Source of the DNA: an uncultured Phycisphaerales bacterium
Lineage (GTDB): Bacteria > Planctomycetota > Phycisphaerae > Phycisphaerales > SM1A02
Direction: 5' to 3'
NCBI GenBank assembly: GCA_938084645.1
Contig: CALKEP010000046.1
Coordinates: 1-32,423, forward strand
DNA: 32,423 nucleotides
In this document: positions 18,299 through 26,982 of the stretch, one piece after another
Layout: each line of letters starts with the position of its first letter
Numbering within the stretch: position 1 is the first letter of the stretch
Position numbers and translations under genes: made by a program
Notes under the pieces: model-generated
Database searches by the model: none
What the model saw: the letters and a program-made list of their open reading frames with translations, nothing else
Told to the model about the DNA's origin: nothing

Positions 18299-19099
18299 TC
18301 AGAAGCCGTAGGTGAATCCCATGGTGACCCACAGGGAGTTCCAGCTGTCGCCCGGGCCCGGGTCGCTGTTGTACTCGTCGCGGAGCGAGACGTAGAGGTT
18401 GAGGTTGTCCATCGCCTTGAGGGCGACGTTGACCTTGAGTTCGAGCACCGCGAAGTAGCTTTCGAAATCCTCGAGCTTGTTCTCGATCGAGGCGTTGCCT
18501 TCGAAGCCGATGCCGTCGCTGATCGCCCAGTTCCAGTTGGTGCCGAGGAGCGATCGGGCGGACCAGCCTTCGAGGCGGCTCCGCTCGTCCCACGACGCAC
18601 CGACACCACCCTTCAGATTCCAGGAGAGCTCGTCGGTGCGGGAGAGGAAGTAACCGAGACCGCCGAACGCCTTGAATCGCTGACGATACGACTCGGTCTC
18701 GTTGTACTGGTAGCTGGTCTGGCCGAACCAGTTCCAGGCCCCGCCCTCGGAGAAGAGACGGTCGTACTCGGACTGCGCGATGAGGAAGTTGTCCTGCACC
18801 ACGTCGTCGTCCTCGTTGTAGATGTACTTGAAGCTCGAGTTCCAGTTGGACATCACGTCCATCCGGGTCGCCGAAGCACCGAAGTTGAAGCCGAGGGTGT
18901 TGGTGGTCGTCCGGCTGAGCGTGAGACCGAGGCCGAGGCTGCCGCTCCACGGACTCTTCTCCTCGACCACGACGTCCGCATCGGCATCGTCCTGGATGCC
19001 GAGGACGAGTGAAGCCGGATCGACCGGCGAGGTGGTGGGGGGCGCGGGGGCGGTGGCGACCAGGGGTGCCGCCAGAAGCAGGGAGAGTGGATCCATCAT
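18299..19099 (-). CDS. DUF481-like outer-membrane beta-barrel protein (copy 1)
   Basis: Signal-like N-terminus, WSGSLGLGLTLSRTTTNT, alternating beta-strand pattern, GGLGY, C-terminal beta-signal TMGFTYGF. SD GGAGG. Confidence 0.8.
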   Translation of the reverse strand: MMDPLSLLLAAPLVATAPAPPTTSPVDPASLVLGIQDDADADVVVEEKSPWSGSLGLGLTLSRTTTNTLGFNFGASATRMDVMSNWNSSFKYIYNEDDDVVQDNFLIAQSEYDRLFSEGGAWNWFGQTSYQYNETESYRQRFKAFGGLGYFLSRTDELSWNLKGGVGASWDERSRLEGWSARSLLGTNWNWAISDGIGFEGNASIENKLEDFESYFAVLELKVNVALKAMDNLNLYVSLRDEYNSDPGPGDSWNSLWVTMGFTYGF

Positions 19100-19151
19100 C
19101 AAGTCCTCCGGAAGGAAGTGGGGTGATTCGTGATTCGGGCGGGGACGGTGG

Positions 19152-19988
19152 TCAGAAGGCGTAGGTCAACCCCATGGTCACCCAGATCTGGTTCCAACTG
19201 TCCCCTTCGGACGGATTGCTGTCGTATTCGTCGCGAAGGTTCAGGTAGAGCGAGAGGTTCTGCGTCTCGCTGACCTTGACGGTGAAGTTCGCTTCGATCA
19301 CCAGCAGGTAGTCGCTGTACGCCTTGATGTCGTTTTCGATCGAGGTCGTGGAAGTCAGCCGGGTCAGGCTGGTCATCGCCCAGTCGAGGGAATACCCGAA
19401 CGTGGTTCGCGGAATGAAGTCGGTGTTGCCGTTGCGGTCCTTCGAACCACCCACACCGCCGTTGATCCGGAGCTTCAGGTCCTCGGTGCTCGATGCCAGA
19501 TAGCCGAGCCCGCCGAACGCCTTGACACGAGTCTTGTAGTTCTCGGTCTGGTTGTACTGGTAACTGGCTCGAACGAACCAGAGCAGCTTCGAGTTCGATG
19601 CGAACATCTGCTCGTAATTCGTCGCGAGGATCGCGAAGTTGTCCTTGACCTCGTTCTCGTCGAAGTTGTAGACGTACTTCAGCGTGGTGGTCCACTTCGA
19701 CTCGTCGCCGTCCCGGATCGCGGACCCGTTGAAGTTCGCACCGAGCGTCAGGTCGTCGGTCTGGCTGTAGCTGAGGCCGGCGCCGAGGGCCACGGTCCAC
19801 GGTGACTTCGGCGGCGCCGAGTCCTCGGTGGTGGCGGCGAGCGGCGATTCCTCGCCGTCATCCTCGGCGTCGAGCGGGTACCCGAGAATCAGCCCGGCGG
19901 CGGACGGGATTCCGGCTGTGGCGACGCTGGGAGCGAGGACGCCCCCGAGCAGGAGGCATGCGATTCTGATGTGCTGGAGCGTAGACAT
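19152..19988 (-). CDS. DUF481-like outer-membrane beta-barrel protein (copy 2)
   Basis: Signal peptide MSTLQHIRIACLLLGGVLAPSVATA, KSPWTVALGAGLSYSQ, C-terminal TMGLTYAF. Clear paralog of the neighbouring gene. Confidence 0.8.
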   Translation of the reverse strand: MSTLQHIRIACLLLGGVLAPSVATAGIPSAAGLILGYPLDAEDDGEESPLAATTEDSAPPKSPWTVALGAGLSYSQTDDLTLGANFNGSAIRDGDESKWTTTLKYVYNFDENEVKDNFAILATNYEQMFASNSKLLWFVRASYQYNQTENYKTRVKAFGGLGYLASSTEDLKLRINGGVGGSKDRNGNTDFIPRTTFGYSLDWAMTSLTRLTSTTSIENDIKAYSDYLLVIEANFTVKVSETQNLSLYLNLRDEYDSNPSEGDSWNQIWVTMGLTYAF

Positions 19989-20103
19989 TCGGAGCACGAT
20001 AGCGGACACCGATCCCATCCATCCACCCGGTTTCAGGCGACTTCCGGCGAATCTTCGCCGAGCCCGGATGACGAATGCGGCGGGAGGTGTCAGGATGCTC
20101 GCC

Positions 20104-20976
20104 ATGAGCGAACCCACGAGCGAACCGACGGGCGGATCGAACCCTGATCCGGGAGATTCCCGCGAGGACGAGCGGGAATACGACCTTGAGCCGGCCGTGC
20201 CCGTGGAAGGCGGGAGCGAGGGCTCCGGAACGACGAATTCGACGCCCGCGTCCGCCGATGGCGTCGAACTCGCCTGCCCCGCTTGCGGGGAGGCGATGCC
20301 GGGATCCGATCAGGTCGTGTGTCTCGCGTGCGGGCACGATCTCGTCACGGGTCGGAAGGTGGGCGAGGAGTCGGAGAAGTCGACGCCGGCCACCGCCCGC
20401 GGATCGGCCGTCGACGTGGATTCCGACGAGGAGTCCGACGTCGGGGTGATCGCGGGTTCCGACCATCTCGTCTGGCTGATCGTCGCGGGCGTGGCGGTGG
20501 TGCTCACGCTCTTCGCGACCCTTGCCGGCTGGTCGTCGCTCTTCGCGTCGACCGATGGTCGCTATGCGGATTCCGACGGCGCGTTCACCCTGGATGCGCC
20601 TCGAATCGCGATTCGACTCGCCGCGGTGATCCGGTTCGTGGTGGCGTCGGCGGTGGTGGTGGGTTGCGGCGCGATCGCGCTCCGAACCGCGGCCTGGATG
20701 GAATCGCGATCGGTCGGGTCGGTGCCCGGTGGACTCGCTCGAATGCTCGCCATCGTCATGGTCGCCTCCCTCGCGCGGCTGATTCCGGTCGAGTCCTCGA
20801 CCCTGCAGGGCATCGTCCACCTCCTGCTTTCGGTCGGTCTGGTGGCGGGGGGCAGCATGCTGGTCTTCGGTCTCCGCGGCCGGATCGCGATTCTCCATCT
20901 GATGACCTGGGCCTTGCTCCTCCTGATCATCGTGCCCGCCTCCCGGTTGGTGGCGTGGTCGATGCCGCTCTGGTGA
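20104..20976 (+). CDS. Hypothetical membrane protein with N-terminal zinc ribbon
   Basis: Acidic N-terminus, CPACG...CLACG motif, then about 5 hydrophobic segments. Confidence 0.7.
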   Translation: MSEPTSEPTGGSNPDPGDSREDEREYDLEPAVPVEGGSEGSGTTNSTPASADGVELACPACGEAMPGSDQVVCLACGHDLVTGRKVGEESEKSTPATARGSAVDVDSDEESDVGVIAGSDHLVWLIVAGVAVVLTLFATLAGWSSLFASTDGRYADSDGAFTLDAPRIAIRLAAVIRFVVASAVVVGCGAIALRTAAWMESRSVGSVPGGLARMLAIVMVASLARLIPVESSTLQGIVHLLLSVGLVAGGSMLVFGLRGRIAILHLMTWALLLLIIVPASRLVAWSMPLW

Positions 20977-20993
20977 CGTCGACTGCGGTGGCG

Positions 20994-21632
20994 TCAGCGC
21001 GGTCGAGCCGGATTCCCGAAGGCGCGCACGTCCTGATCGATCTCCTGGGTCACCACGCTTCCCGCACCGATCATCGCGCGGTCGCCGACCCGGATCGTGG
21101 GCAGGACCGTCGAATTCGCACCGAGCAGGACCGCTTCACCGATCGTCGCGTTGCCGAGGGCGATCGCACCCGGAGCGAGGTGGGTGAATGCACCGACTCG
21201 GGCATCATGCTCCACGATGGCGCCGGTGTTGACGATCACGCCCGCCCCGATCGTCGCTCTGGCATTCACGACCGCTCGTGGGCCGACGAACGCCCCCGCG
21301 CCGATCTCCGCGGAAGGCGAGATCGTCGCGGAGGGATGGACGACGGTCGCGGCGTGCGTGACGTGAGCCGCGTGCCAGCGACGTCGGATGCCCGCATCGC
21401 CGATCGCCGCGTGGATCCGCGCGCCACGATCGAGGAGTTCCGCGAGCGACGGATCCGGATCCTCGGGCGAGCCGAGCCAGGGGACCCCGCCGAAGGGGGC
21501 TCGTCCGCCGCCTGCGGGCCGTACCGCGTCGATCACGCCGACCAGTGCGTAGCCGGCCGCGACGGCGGCGTCTCCGACCACCGCACCGTGTCCGCCCGCG
21601 CCGCAGATGATCAGTTCACCGAGTTCGTTCAA
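20994..21632 (-). CDS. Sugar O/N-acetyltransferase, NeuD/PglD/EpsM hexapeptide-repeat family
   Basis: IICGAGGHGAVV, AAIGD..RR, VVHPSATISPSA, VNTGAIVEHD, IGAGSVV, GNPAR. The TTG start overlaps the upstream stop (TTGA). Confidence 0.9.
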   Translation of the reverse strand: MNELGELIICGAGGHGAVVGDAAVAAGYALVGVIDAVRPAGGGRAPFGGVPWLGSPEDPDPSLAELLDRGARIHAAIGDAGIRRRWHAAHVTHAATVVHPSATISPSAEIGAGAFVGPRAVVNARATIGAGVIVNTGAIVEHDARVGAFTHLAPGAIALGNATIGEAVLLGANSTVLPTIRVGDRAMIGAGSVVTQEIDQDVRAFGNPARPR

Positions 21633-22126
21633 GGTTCACCCTCCAGGTCCCGTCGATCCGCGGGGTCGACGGTGATCGGGCCGTCGGCGATCCGCTCCGC
21701 CAGGGTCGGATCCCACCGCCGGTGGTAGCCGGCGACGCGCAGGTCATCGTAGATCGATCCGCAGCGATAGCAGATCAGCCGGGTTCGGGCGAGCAACAGC
21801 ACCCCGACGTCGATCGCGAGCACGACCACCAACATGCCCAGGACCCACGCGCTGTTGGCGAATCCAAGCAGACTGATCGTCGCACCCGCGAGGGCGATGA
21901 GAATCACGAACGGAGTGACCTGAGGAAGGGTGCGGGCCCTGTAGAGGTGCCTGTCGCCGCAGATCACGCACGCCCTCAACTGGCCGGCATCGTCGACCGC
22001 GCCGTCCCATTCGAGAAACACGTCCCGTTCGGATGCGTCCGGGCGAATGCGCACCGGTCGGGTCTCCGGGTCGAATTCGATCCGGCCGACGCGATCCCCG
22101 TGCTGGCTCCGGACGTCCACCTGCAT
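21629..22126 (-). CDS. Hypothetical membrane protein with CxxC-(2 TM)-CxxC arrangement
   Basis: CVICGDRHLY, two TM helices, ICYRCGS. ATG at 22126. Translationally coupled to the acetyltransferase. Confidence 0.7.
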   Translation of the reverse strand: MQVDVRSQHGDRVGRIEFDPETRPVRIRPDASERDVFLEWDGAVDDAGQLRACVICGDRHLYRARTLPQVTPFVILIALAGATISLLGFANSAWVLGMLVVVLAIDVGVLLLARTRLICYRCGSIYDDLRVAGYHRRWDPTLAERIADGPITVDPADRRDLEGEP

Positions 22127-22234
22127 CGCGGCGATGGTAGTCGTGGTCGCTCGAACCCGCCGGATCCGCCGGATCCGAGGTTCGGGGCCGGGTACGACTT
22201 GCCGATCCGGTCGCGTCGGGTCATAGTCGCGTCG

Positions 22235-22897
22235 ATGCACGACTGGAGTTCGATTCTCGCTGGCCGGTTCATCGTCTTCGACGGTCCGGATGGCTCCGGA
22301 AAATCCACCCAGCTCGCTCGTTTCACGGCGTTCTGCCGGTCTCATGGAACCGTCCCCGAGGTGGTCCGCGAGCCGGGGGGCACCCCGATCGGCGAAGCGG
22401 TGCGGGGCGTGCTGCTCGATCCGCGGTACGAGGAGATGGACCTCCGGTGCGAAATGCTGCTCTACATGGCGAGTCGATCGCAATTGATGGCTGAACGGAT
22501 CCGTCCGGCGCTCGCCGCGGGCGGCTTCGTCCTCGCGGACCGGTTCATCTCCTCGACCCTCGCCTATCAGGGAACCGCGGGTGGACTCGCGCCGGAAGAG
22601 ATTCTCGCGGTCGGTCGGGTGACCACCGGCGGCTGCGAACCAGACCTCGTGGTCATCTTCGATGTCGACGAGAAGACCGCCGCGGCCCGACTTCCCATGG
22701 AACTCGATCGAATGGAGCGCAAGGGCGAGGCGTTCCACCGACGCGTTCGCGAGGGCTATCTCGCCCAGGCCGATCGCGATCCCGGAAGACACCTCGTGGT
22801 CGACGGCACTCTCGACGAGGAATCGGTCTTCGCCGCCCTGCTCGACGGGCTGGGTCGACGGTTCGGGGTCGCGGACGCCTCTTCAGGTCCGACTTGA
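22235..22897 (+). CDS. tmk: Thymidylate kinase
   Basis: FIVFDGPDGSGKSTQ, REPGGT, LLYMASRSQ, VLADRFISSTLAYQG, PDLVVIFDV, DRME..FHRRVREGY. Confidence 0.96.
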   Translation: MHDWSSILAGRFIVFDGPDGSGKSTQLARFTAFCRSHGTVPEVVREPGGTPIGEAVRGVLLDPRYEEMDLRCEMLLYMASRSQLMAERIRPALAAGGFVLADRFISSTLAYQGTAGGLAPEEILAVGRVTTGGCEPDLVVIFDVDEKTAAARLPMELDRMERKGEAFHRRVREGYLAQADRDPGRHLVVDGTLDEESVFAALLDGLGRRFGVADASSGPT

Positions 22898-23602
22898 ACC
22901 GAGTCGACGCCCCACCAGCCTGATCGTCTCCCCGACGACCCGGTCGAGGTCGTCGTTCACCACGAATTCGTCGTAGGCGCCGCATTCCCGCGCGACCTGC
23001 ATCTCCCGGGTCGCCTCGGCGTGCCGACGCTCGATCGTCGCCTCATCCTCTCGTCCGCGGGCGCGGAGTCTTCGAAGCAGTTCCGCATCGTCGGGCGGGA
23101 GGACGAAGATCCCGTATGCCTCGGGCATGCGTTCCCGGATCTGCATCGCGCCCTGGACGTCGATGTCCAGCGCGACCAGTCGGCCCTCCGCGAGTCTCGA
23201 TTCGATCTCGAGGCGGGGCGTCCCGTACCACGAGCGGCCGAAGACCTGCGCGTATTCGAGGAATCGGTCGGCGTCGATCCACGACTGGAAGGTCGGTTCG
23301 TCGAGGAAGTGGTAGTCGACGCCGTCGGTCTCGACCGCGGTGCGGGGGCGGGTGGTCGCCGACACGCTGAAGACGCCGTCGAACCGTTCGAGGATGCGAC
23401 GGACGATCGTCGTCTTCCCGACGCCCGACGGCCCGCTCACCACGAGGAGCAGTCCCGGCGGCGAGGCGCGAACCGGCTCGTCGCGTCGGCTCGCGTCCGC
23501 ATCCTCGGGAGAGTCCGGCGGCATCCCGTCCGAGTCACCCGGGGGGGGCGGCGAGGTCGGTGGCATTCCGGATTCCGGCGGCATCGCATGCGGCTCGTGC
23601 AT
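22883..23602 (-). CDS. gmk: Guanylate kinase with Pro-rich N-terminal extension
   Basis: LLVVSGPSGVGKTT, FSVSATTRPR..ETDGVDYHF, FLEYA..YGTP, LDIDVQGA, IFVLPP, YDEFVVND. Confidence 0.96.
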   Translation of the reverse strand: MHEPHAMPPESGMPPTSPPPPGDSDGMPPDSPEDADASRRDEPVRASPPGLLLVVSGPSGVGKTTIVRRILERFDGVFSVSATTRPRTAVETDGVDYHFLDEPTFQSWIDADRFLEYAQVFGRSWYGTPRLEIESRLAEGRLVALDIDVQGAMQIRERMPEAYGIFVLPPDDAELLRRLRARGREDEATIERRHAEATREMQVARECGAYDEFVVNDDLDRVVGETIRLVGRRLGSSRT

Positions 23603-23698
23603 GAAGGGAATCGTAGCGATCCGCGGCGGCTCGTCACGGCTTTCGACCGGTTGCCCGCAGCCGCCGCCGCCGCGGGTCGCGGGTACAGTACGAGTTCG

Positions 23699-25312
23699 AT
23701 GAGCGATTCCTCCAAGCCGCAGACCGACCTTCCCGAGACGTTCCAGTCCCTGCTGGTCGCGTTCGCGATCGCGCTGGCATTCCGGGGATTCGTGGTCGAG
23801 GGCTTCGTGATCCCCACCGGATCCATGGCCCCGACCCTGCTCGGGGAGCACGTCCGGTTCCGCTCGCCCGACACCGGATACGACTACGCCTTCGACCAGA
23901 CCAGCCTCCGCCGGTCTCCTCCGGAGACCGTGGTGCCGGTGTTCGACCCCATGATCAGCGAGGATCGACCCATCGGCGCCACGCCGGTCGGCGCGATCCG
24001 GGCGAACGGTCGCATGGGCGACCGGGTGCTCGTCTTGAAGTACCTCTACGAGTTCTTCGAGCCGGATCGCTGGGACGTGGTGGTCTTCAAGAATCCGGTC
24101 GATCCGATCGGCCCCAGCCAGAACTACATCAAGCGACTCGTCGGCGGTGGCGGCGAACAGGTGCTTCTGGTGGACGGCGACGTCTTCGTCGCACCGCTCG
24201 ACGGCGATCTCTCCGACTTCCGGATCGTTCGTCGCCCCGACCACGTGCAGGCGTCGGTGTGGCAGCCGGTCTATGACTCGAACTTCGTGCCGGTCTCCCC
24301 GCAGGAGGTCGAGACCCGGATCAAGCGTCGGTTCGACGGGCCGCCCTTCAAGCCCGCCGGCGAAGCCTGGAAGATCGCGGACACCCGCGACTGGCGATGG
24401 GATTTCGAGAACACGACCTGGCTCGACTGGGCGGACGACCAGCTTCCGCTGGACGACTTCAACGCGTACAACGTCTATCGCTACCCACTGGGTCGCGGCG
24501 ACAATCGCCTGAACCTTCGCGACCTGCATCCGGTCTCGGATCTCCGGTTCACCGCTGCGATCACACCCGACGACCCCGAGACGTTCACGACGTCGCTCGA
24601 ACTCGAGGCTCGCGACCACCGCTTCGTCTTCTCGCTCGAGGCGGGCGAGGCCCAGGTCGAGATGCTCGACGCGGATGGCGAGGCGCTCCGGTCGGCGACC
24701 GGCGACTACGAACCGGGCCACGGTGGCGTGATCGACGTCCAGTTCGTGCACGTCGACCAGACGATGGTGATCCGGGTCGGCGGCGAGGAGGTCGCGCGGC
24801 TGGAGTACGAATGGAACCCGTTGTCGCGGCTCGAGCACGCGACCTTCGAGTTCGACATGGAGCGCTATCGCGCGAATCCGCGCCTGGCCGATCTGCGGCG
24901 TCCCCGCGTCCGGTGGAAGTTCGAAGGTTCGCCGTTCTCGCTTCGCGGCGTCAACGTCGATCGCGATCTGTACTACCGGGTCGGGCGACTCGACACTCGG
25001 CAGCAGGCGGCGGCGAACGGGCCGCGCATGGACGGACCGCTCTACGGGTCGGATCCGCTCGAACCCGCACGGCTCGGGCCGAATCAGTTCATGATGCTGG
25101 GCGACAACTCGGGGGCAAGCCGCGACTCCCGGTACTGGGGACGGCCGCATCCGCTCGCGGTCTCGACCACGGGTGACGACACGCCCTTCGTGGTGCATCG
25201 CGATCTGCTGGTCGGGAAGGCGTGGTGCGTGTACTTCCCGGCGCCGAACCGACTCAATGGAACGGGTCTGTCCATCGTCCCGGATCTCGGGCGAATGCGC
25301 TTCATTCGCTGA
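23699..25312 (+). CDS. lepB: Signal peptidase I (S26) with large internal insertion
   Basis: N-terminal TM, catalytic IPTGSMAPTL, GDRVLVLK, RWDVVVFKNP, NYIKRLVG (Lys), and distant box E MLGDNSGASRDSRYWG. Confidence 0.92.
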   Translation: MSDSSKPQTDLPETFQSLLVAFAIALAFRGFVVEGFVIPTGSMAPTLLGEHVRFRSPDTGYDYAFDQTSLRRSPPETVVPVFDPMISEDRPIGATPVGAIRANGRMGDRVLVLKYLYEFFEPDRWDVVVFKNPVDPIGPSQNYIKRLVGGGGEQVLLVDGDVFVAPLDGDLSDFRIVRRPDHVQASVWQPVYDSNFVPVSPQEVETRIKRRFDGPPFKPAGEAWKIADTRDWRWDFENTTWLDWADDQLPLDDFNAYNVYRYPLGRGDNRLNLRDLHPVSDLRFTAAITPDDPETFTTSLELEARDHRFVFSLEAGEAQVEMLDADGEALRSATGDYEPGHGGVIDVQFVHVDQTMVIRVGGEEVARLEYEWNPLSRLEHATFEFDMERYRANPRLADLRRPRVRWKFEGSPFSLRGVNVDRDLYYRVGRLDTRQQAAANGPRMDGPLYGSDPLEPARLGPNQFMMLGDNSGASRDSRYWGRPHPLAVSTTGDDTPFVVHRDLLVGKAWCVYFPAPNRLNGTGLSIVPDLGRMRFIR

Positions 25313-25489
25313 CCGGCTGCACCGCCGCCGCCCCCTTCGATCTTCACCGTCCGTCTCGCGTGCCGGATCCCCCCGGACCGGAACTTCCGCCGGAATGCCG
25401 GCATCGGATGTGACGTGCCCTACGCTCCCGCTCGGAGTCGTCGATGTCTTCGTGCGGAAGCGTCGACCGGGGCCGGGAAGAGGCGCACG

Positions 25490-26644
25490 ATGAAACTCGA
25501 AATCTCACGGGGTGAAGCGGGCAGGAGCAGGGACGGCGATGACCGACATCCGATCCGGATCGCGGTGCTGGTCGCGCTGCTCGCCATGGCGTCGGTCGGC
25601 GGCGGTTGCATGCGCGACTGTCGAAACGCGTATTGCGACGCGGTTCGCGCCGGGGCGACCGCGGTGCAGGCGTGGCATTTCCACTGTTGCACCAGATCCG
25701 AATCCCCCGCGATGCCCGGTTCGATGGATTGCGACGACCTTCCGAATCGCATCGCCCGATTCTCACTGCTCGCAGCCGAGGCCCGCGAGGTGTGCGAAGC
25801 CCAGAACTGGGGAAGGCTTCGTGACATCTGGCGGGAGTTTCGGGGTCTGGTTCCGATCCGATTCGTCGCGACGGTGTGGCGGGAGGCGTGTGGGGATTCG
25901 ATCGCGTGGGGTGAGAATCGCTGGACGCCGTTCGGACCCGACGTCGGATTCTCGATCTCGCTCCCCTTCGATGTCGGCGACCCGCCTCGAGTCGTCTTCG
26001 GTGATGCGAGTTCCTCGCGTGCGTCCGTCGACGATGCGACGGATACGGTCGCCTGGATCGAACGAGCACGGACGACGCGGGCGGGTTCGTCGATCGCGAT
26101 GTGGACCGGGGAGGGCAGGGTGAAGGCCATGACGGAGGGTCGACTGGTCCTGGCGACCCGGGTCGATCCGGTCGGTTCGAACGAGGGGTGTGCGTTGATT
26201 CGCCCAGTGGAGCTTCGATTGGATCTTCGGGGCGACGGTTGGTCCGGACGCCTCGAACTCGTCGAGGGTTTCGAGGGCAACCGGATCATCGAGACGCACG
26301 ACGGCATCGAGATGCTGGGCATGCGGGTTCGCATCGACGTCGAGATCGACGAACCGATCCGGATCTCCAGTGCGGGGATCTTCGACGAAGCCTTCCTCCA
26401 GATGCCGTTGGAACGGGGGGCGGGAGGATCGATCCGGCTCGGCGCCGATCACCTCATCGACGGCCTGGAACTCATGCCCGTCGATCCGATGCTCGAGGCG
26501 ATGTATCGGTCCGATCCGGTCGGCGGTCTTCAAGGGCCCGGGGTCGATTGCGGCGTGTTCGCTCGTTCGCGGGCGGAGGCGTTTCTCGACCTTCATCCGG
26601 ACTGTCGTCCGGCGCCCGTGATCGGTGGTCCGGTCGAAGATTGA
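25490..26644 (+). CDS. Hypothetical Cys-rich exported protein, possible lipoprotein
   Basis: Most plausible ORF filling the gap between lepB and the FG-GAP gene. Hydrophobic IAVLVALLAMASVGGG followed by C (lipobox-like), then many Cys residues. Start is uncertain. Confidence 0.55.
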   Translation: MKLEISRGEAGRSRDGDDRHPIRIAVLVALLAMASVGGGCMRDCRNAYCDAVRAGATAVQAWHFHCCTRSESPAMPGSMDCDDLPNRIARFSLLAAEAREVCEAQNWGRLRDIWREFRGLVPIRFVATVWREACGDSIAWGENRWTPFGPDVGFSISLPFDVGDPPRVVFGDASSSRASVDDATDTVAWIERARTTRAGSSIAMWTGEGRVKAMTEGRLVLATRVDPVGSNEGCALIRPVELRLDLRGDGWSGRLELVEGFEGNRIIETHDGIEMLGMRVRIDVEIDEPIRISSAGIFDEAFLQMPLERGAGGSIRLGADHLIDGLELMPVDPMLEAMYRSDPVGGLQGPGVDCGVFARSRAEAFLDLHPDCRPAPVIGGPVED

Positions 26645-26669
26645 GTCCCGGGGTCCCGCAAGGTCTTCG

Positions 26670-26715
26670 ATGGGCGGAACTTCAATGGGCGGAACTTCGG
26701 CGGGTGGTGGGCGTC
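26670..26715 (+). promoter_or_regulatory. Tandem 14-nt direct repeat (ATGGGCGGAACTTC x2) overlapping an ECF-sigma-like promoter GGAAC-N16-CGTC
   Basis: Repeat copies at 26670-26683 and 26685-26698. GGAAC at 26691-26695 and CGTC at 26712-26715. Confidence 0.4.
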
Positions 26716-26982
26716 ATTGATTCTGGTCGTCGGCGATCCACCGCCCGCCACTTGCGCTTGCCCGCGTTCATCCGCGGTATCTCGGCAGGTCCGGGAACCC
26801 TCCGCTCGATCTCGATCGGGGGCGATTCGGGGTGTTTCGGGCTTCTCGACGTCTCGCCCTTGCGTCTCTCGCGGGAGCGGGGCAGGATTGAGTGGTTCGA
26901 CCCGGGCCGGGGCCTTTCCGACCCACTGATCGAGGACGGGTGGTCCTCGGCTCGACCGATCGACCGAACACAGGAGTTCCGG

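Noticed and set aside
23603..25198. 771-aa ORF suggesting a large fusion to guanylate kinase; likewise the 478-aa ORF ending in the TM2 protein (28697-30133)
   Set aside because: The extra regions are antisense to lepB and to the fdh gene respectively. The real starts are at 23602 and 28930.
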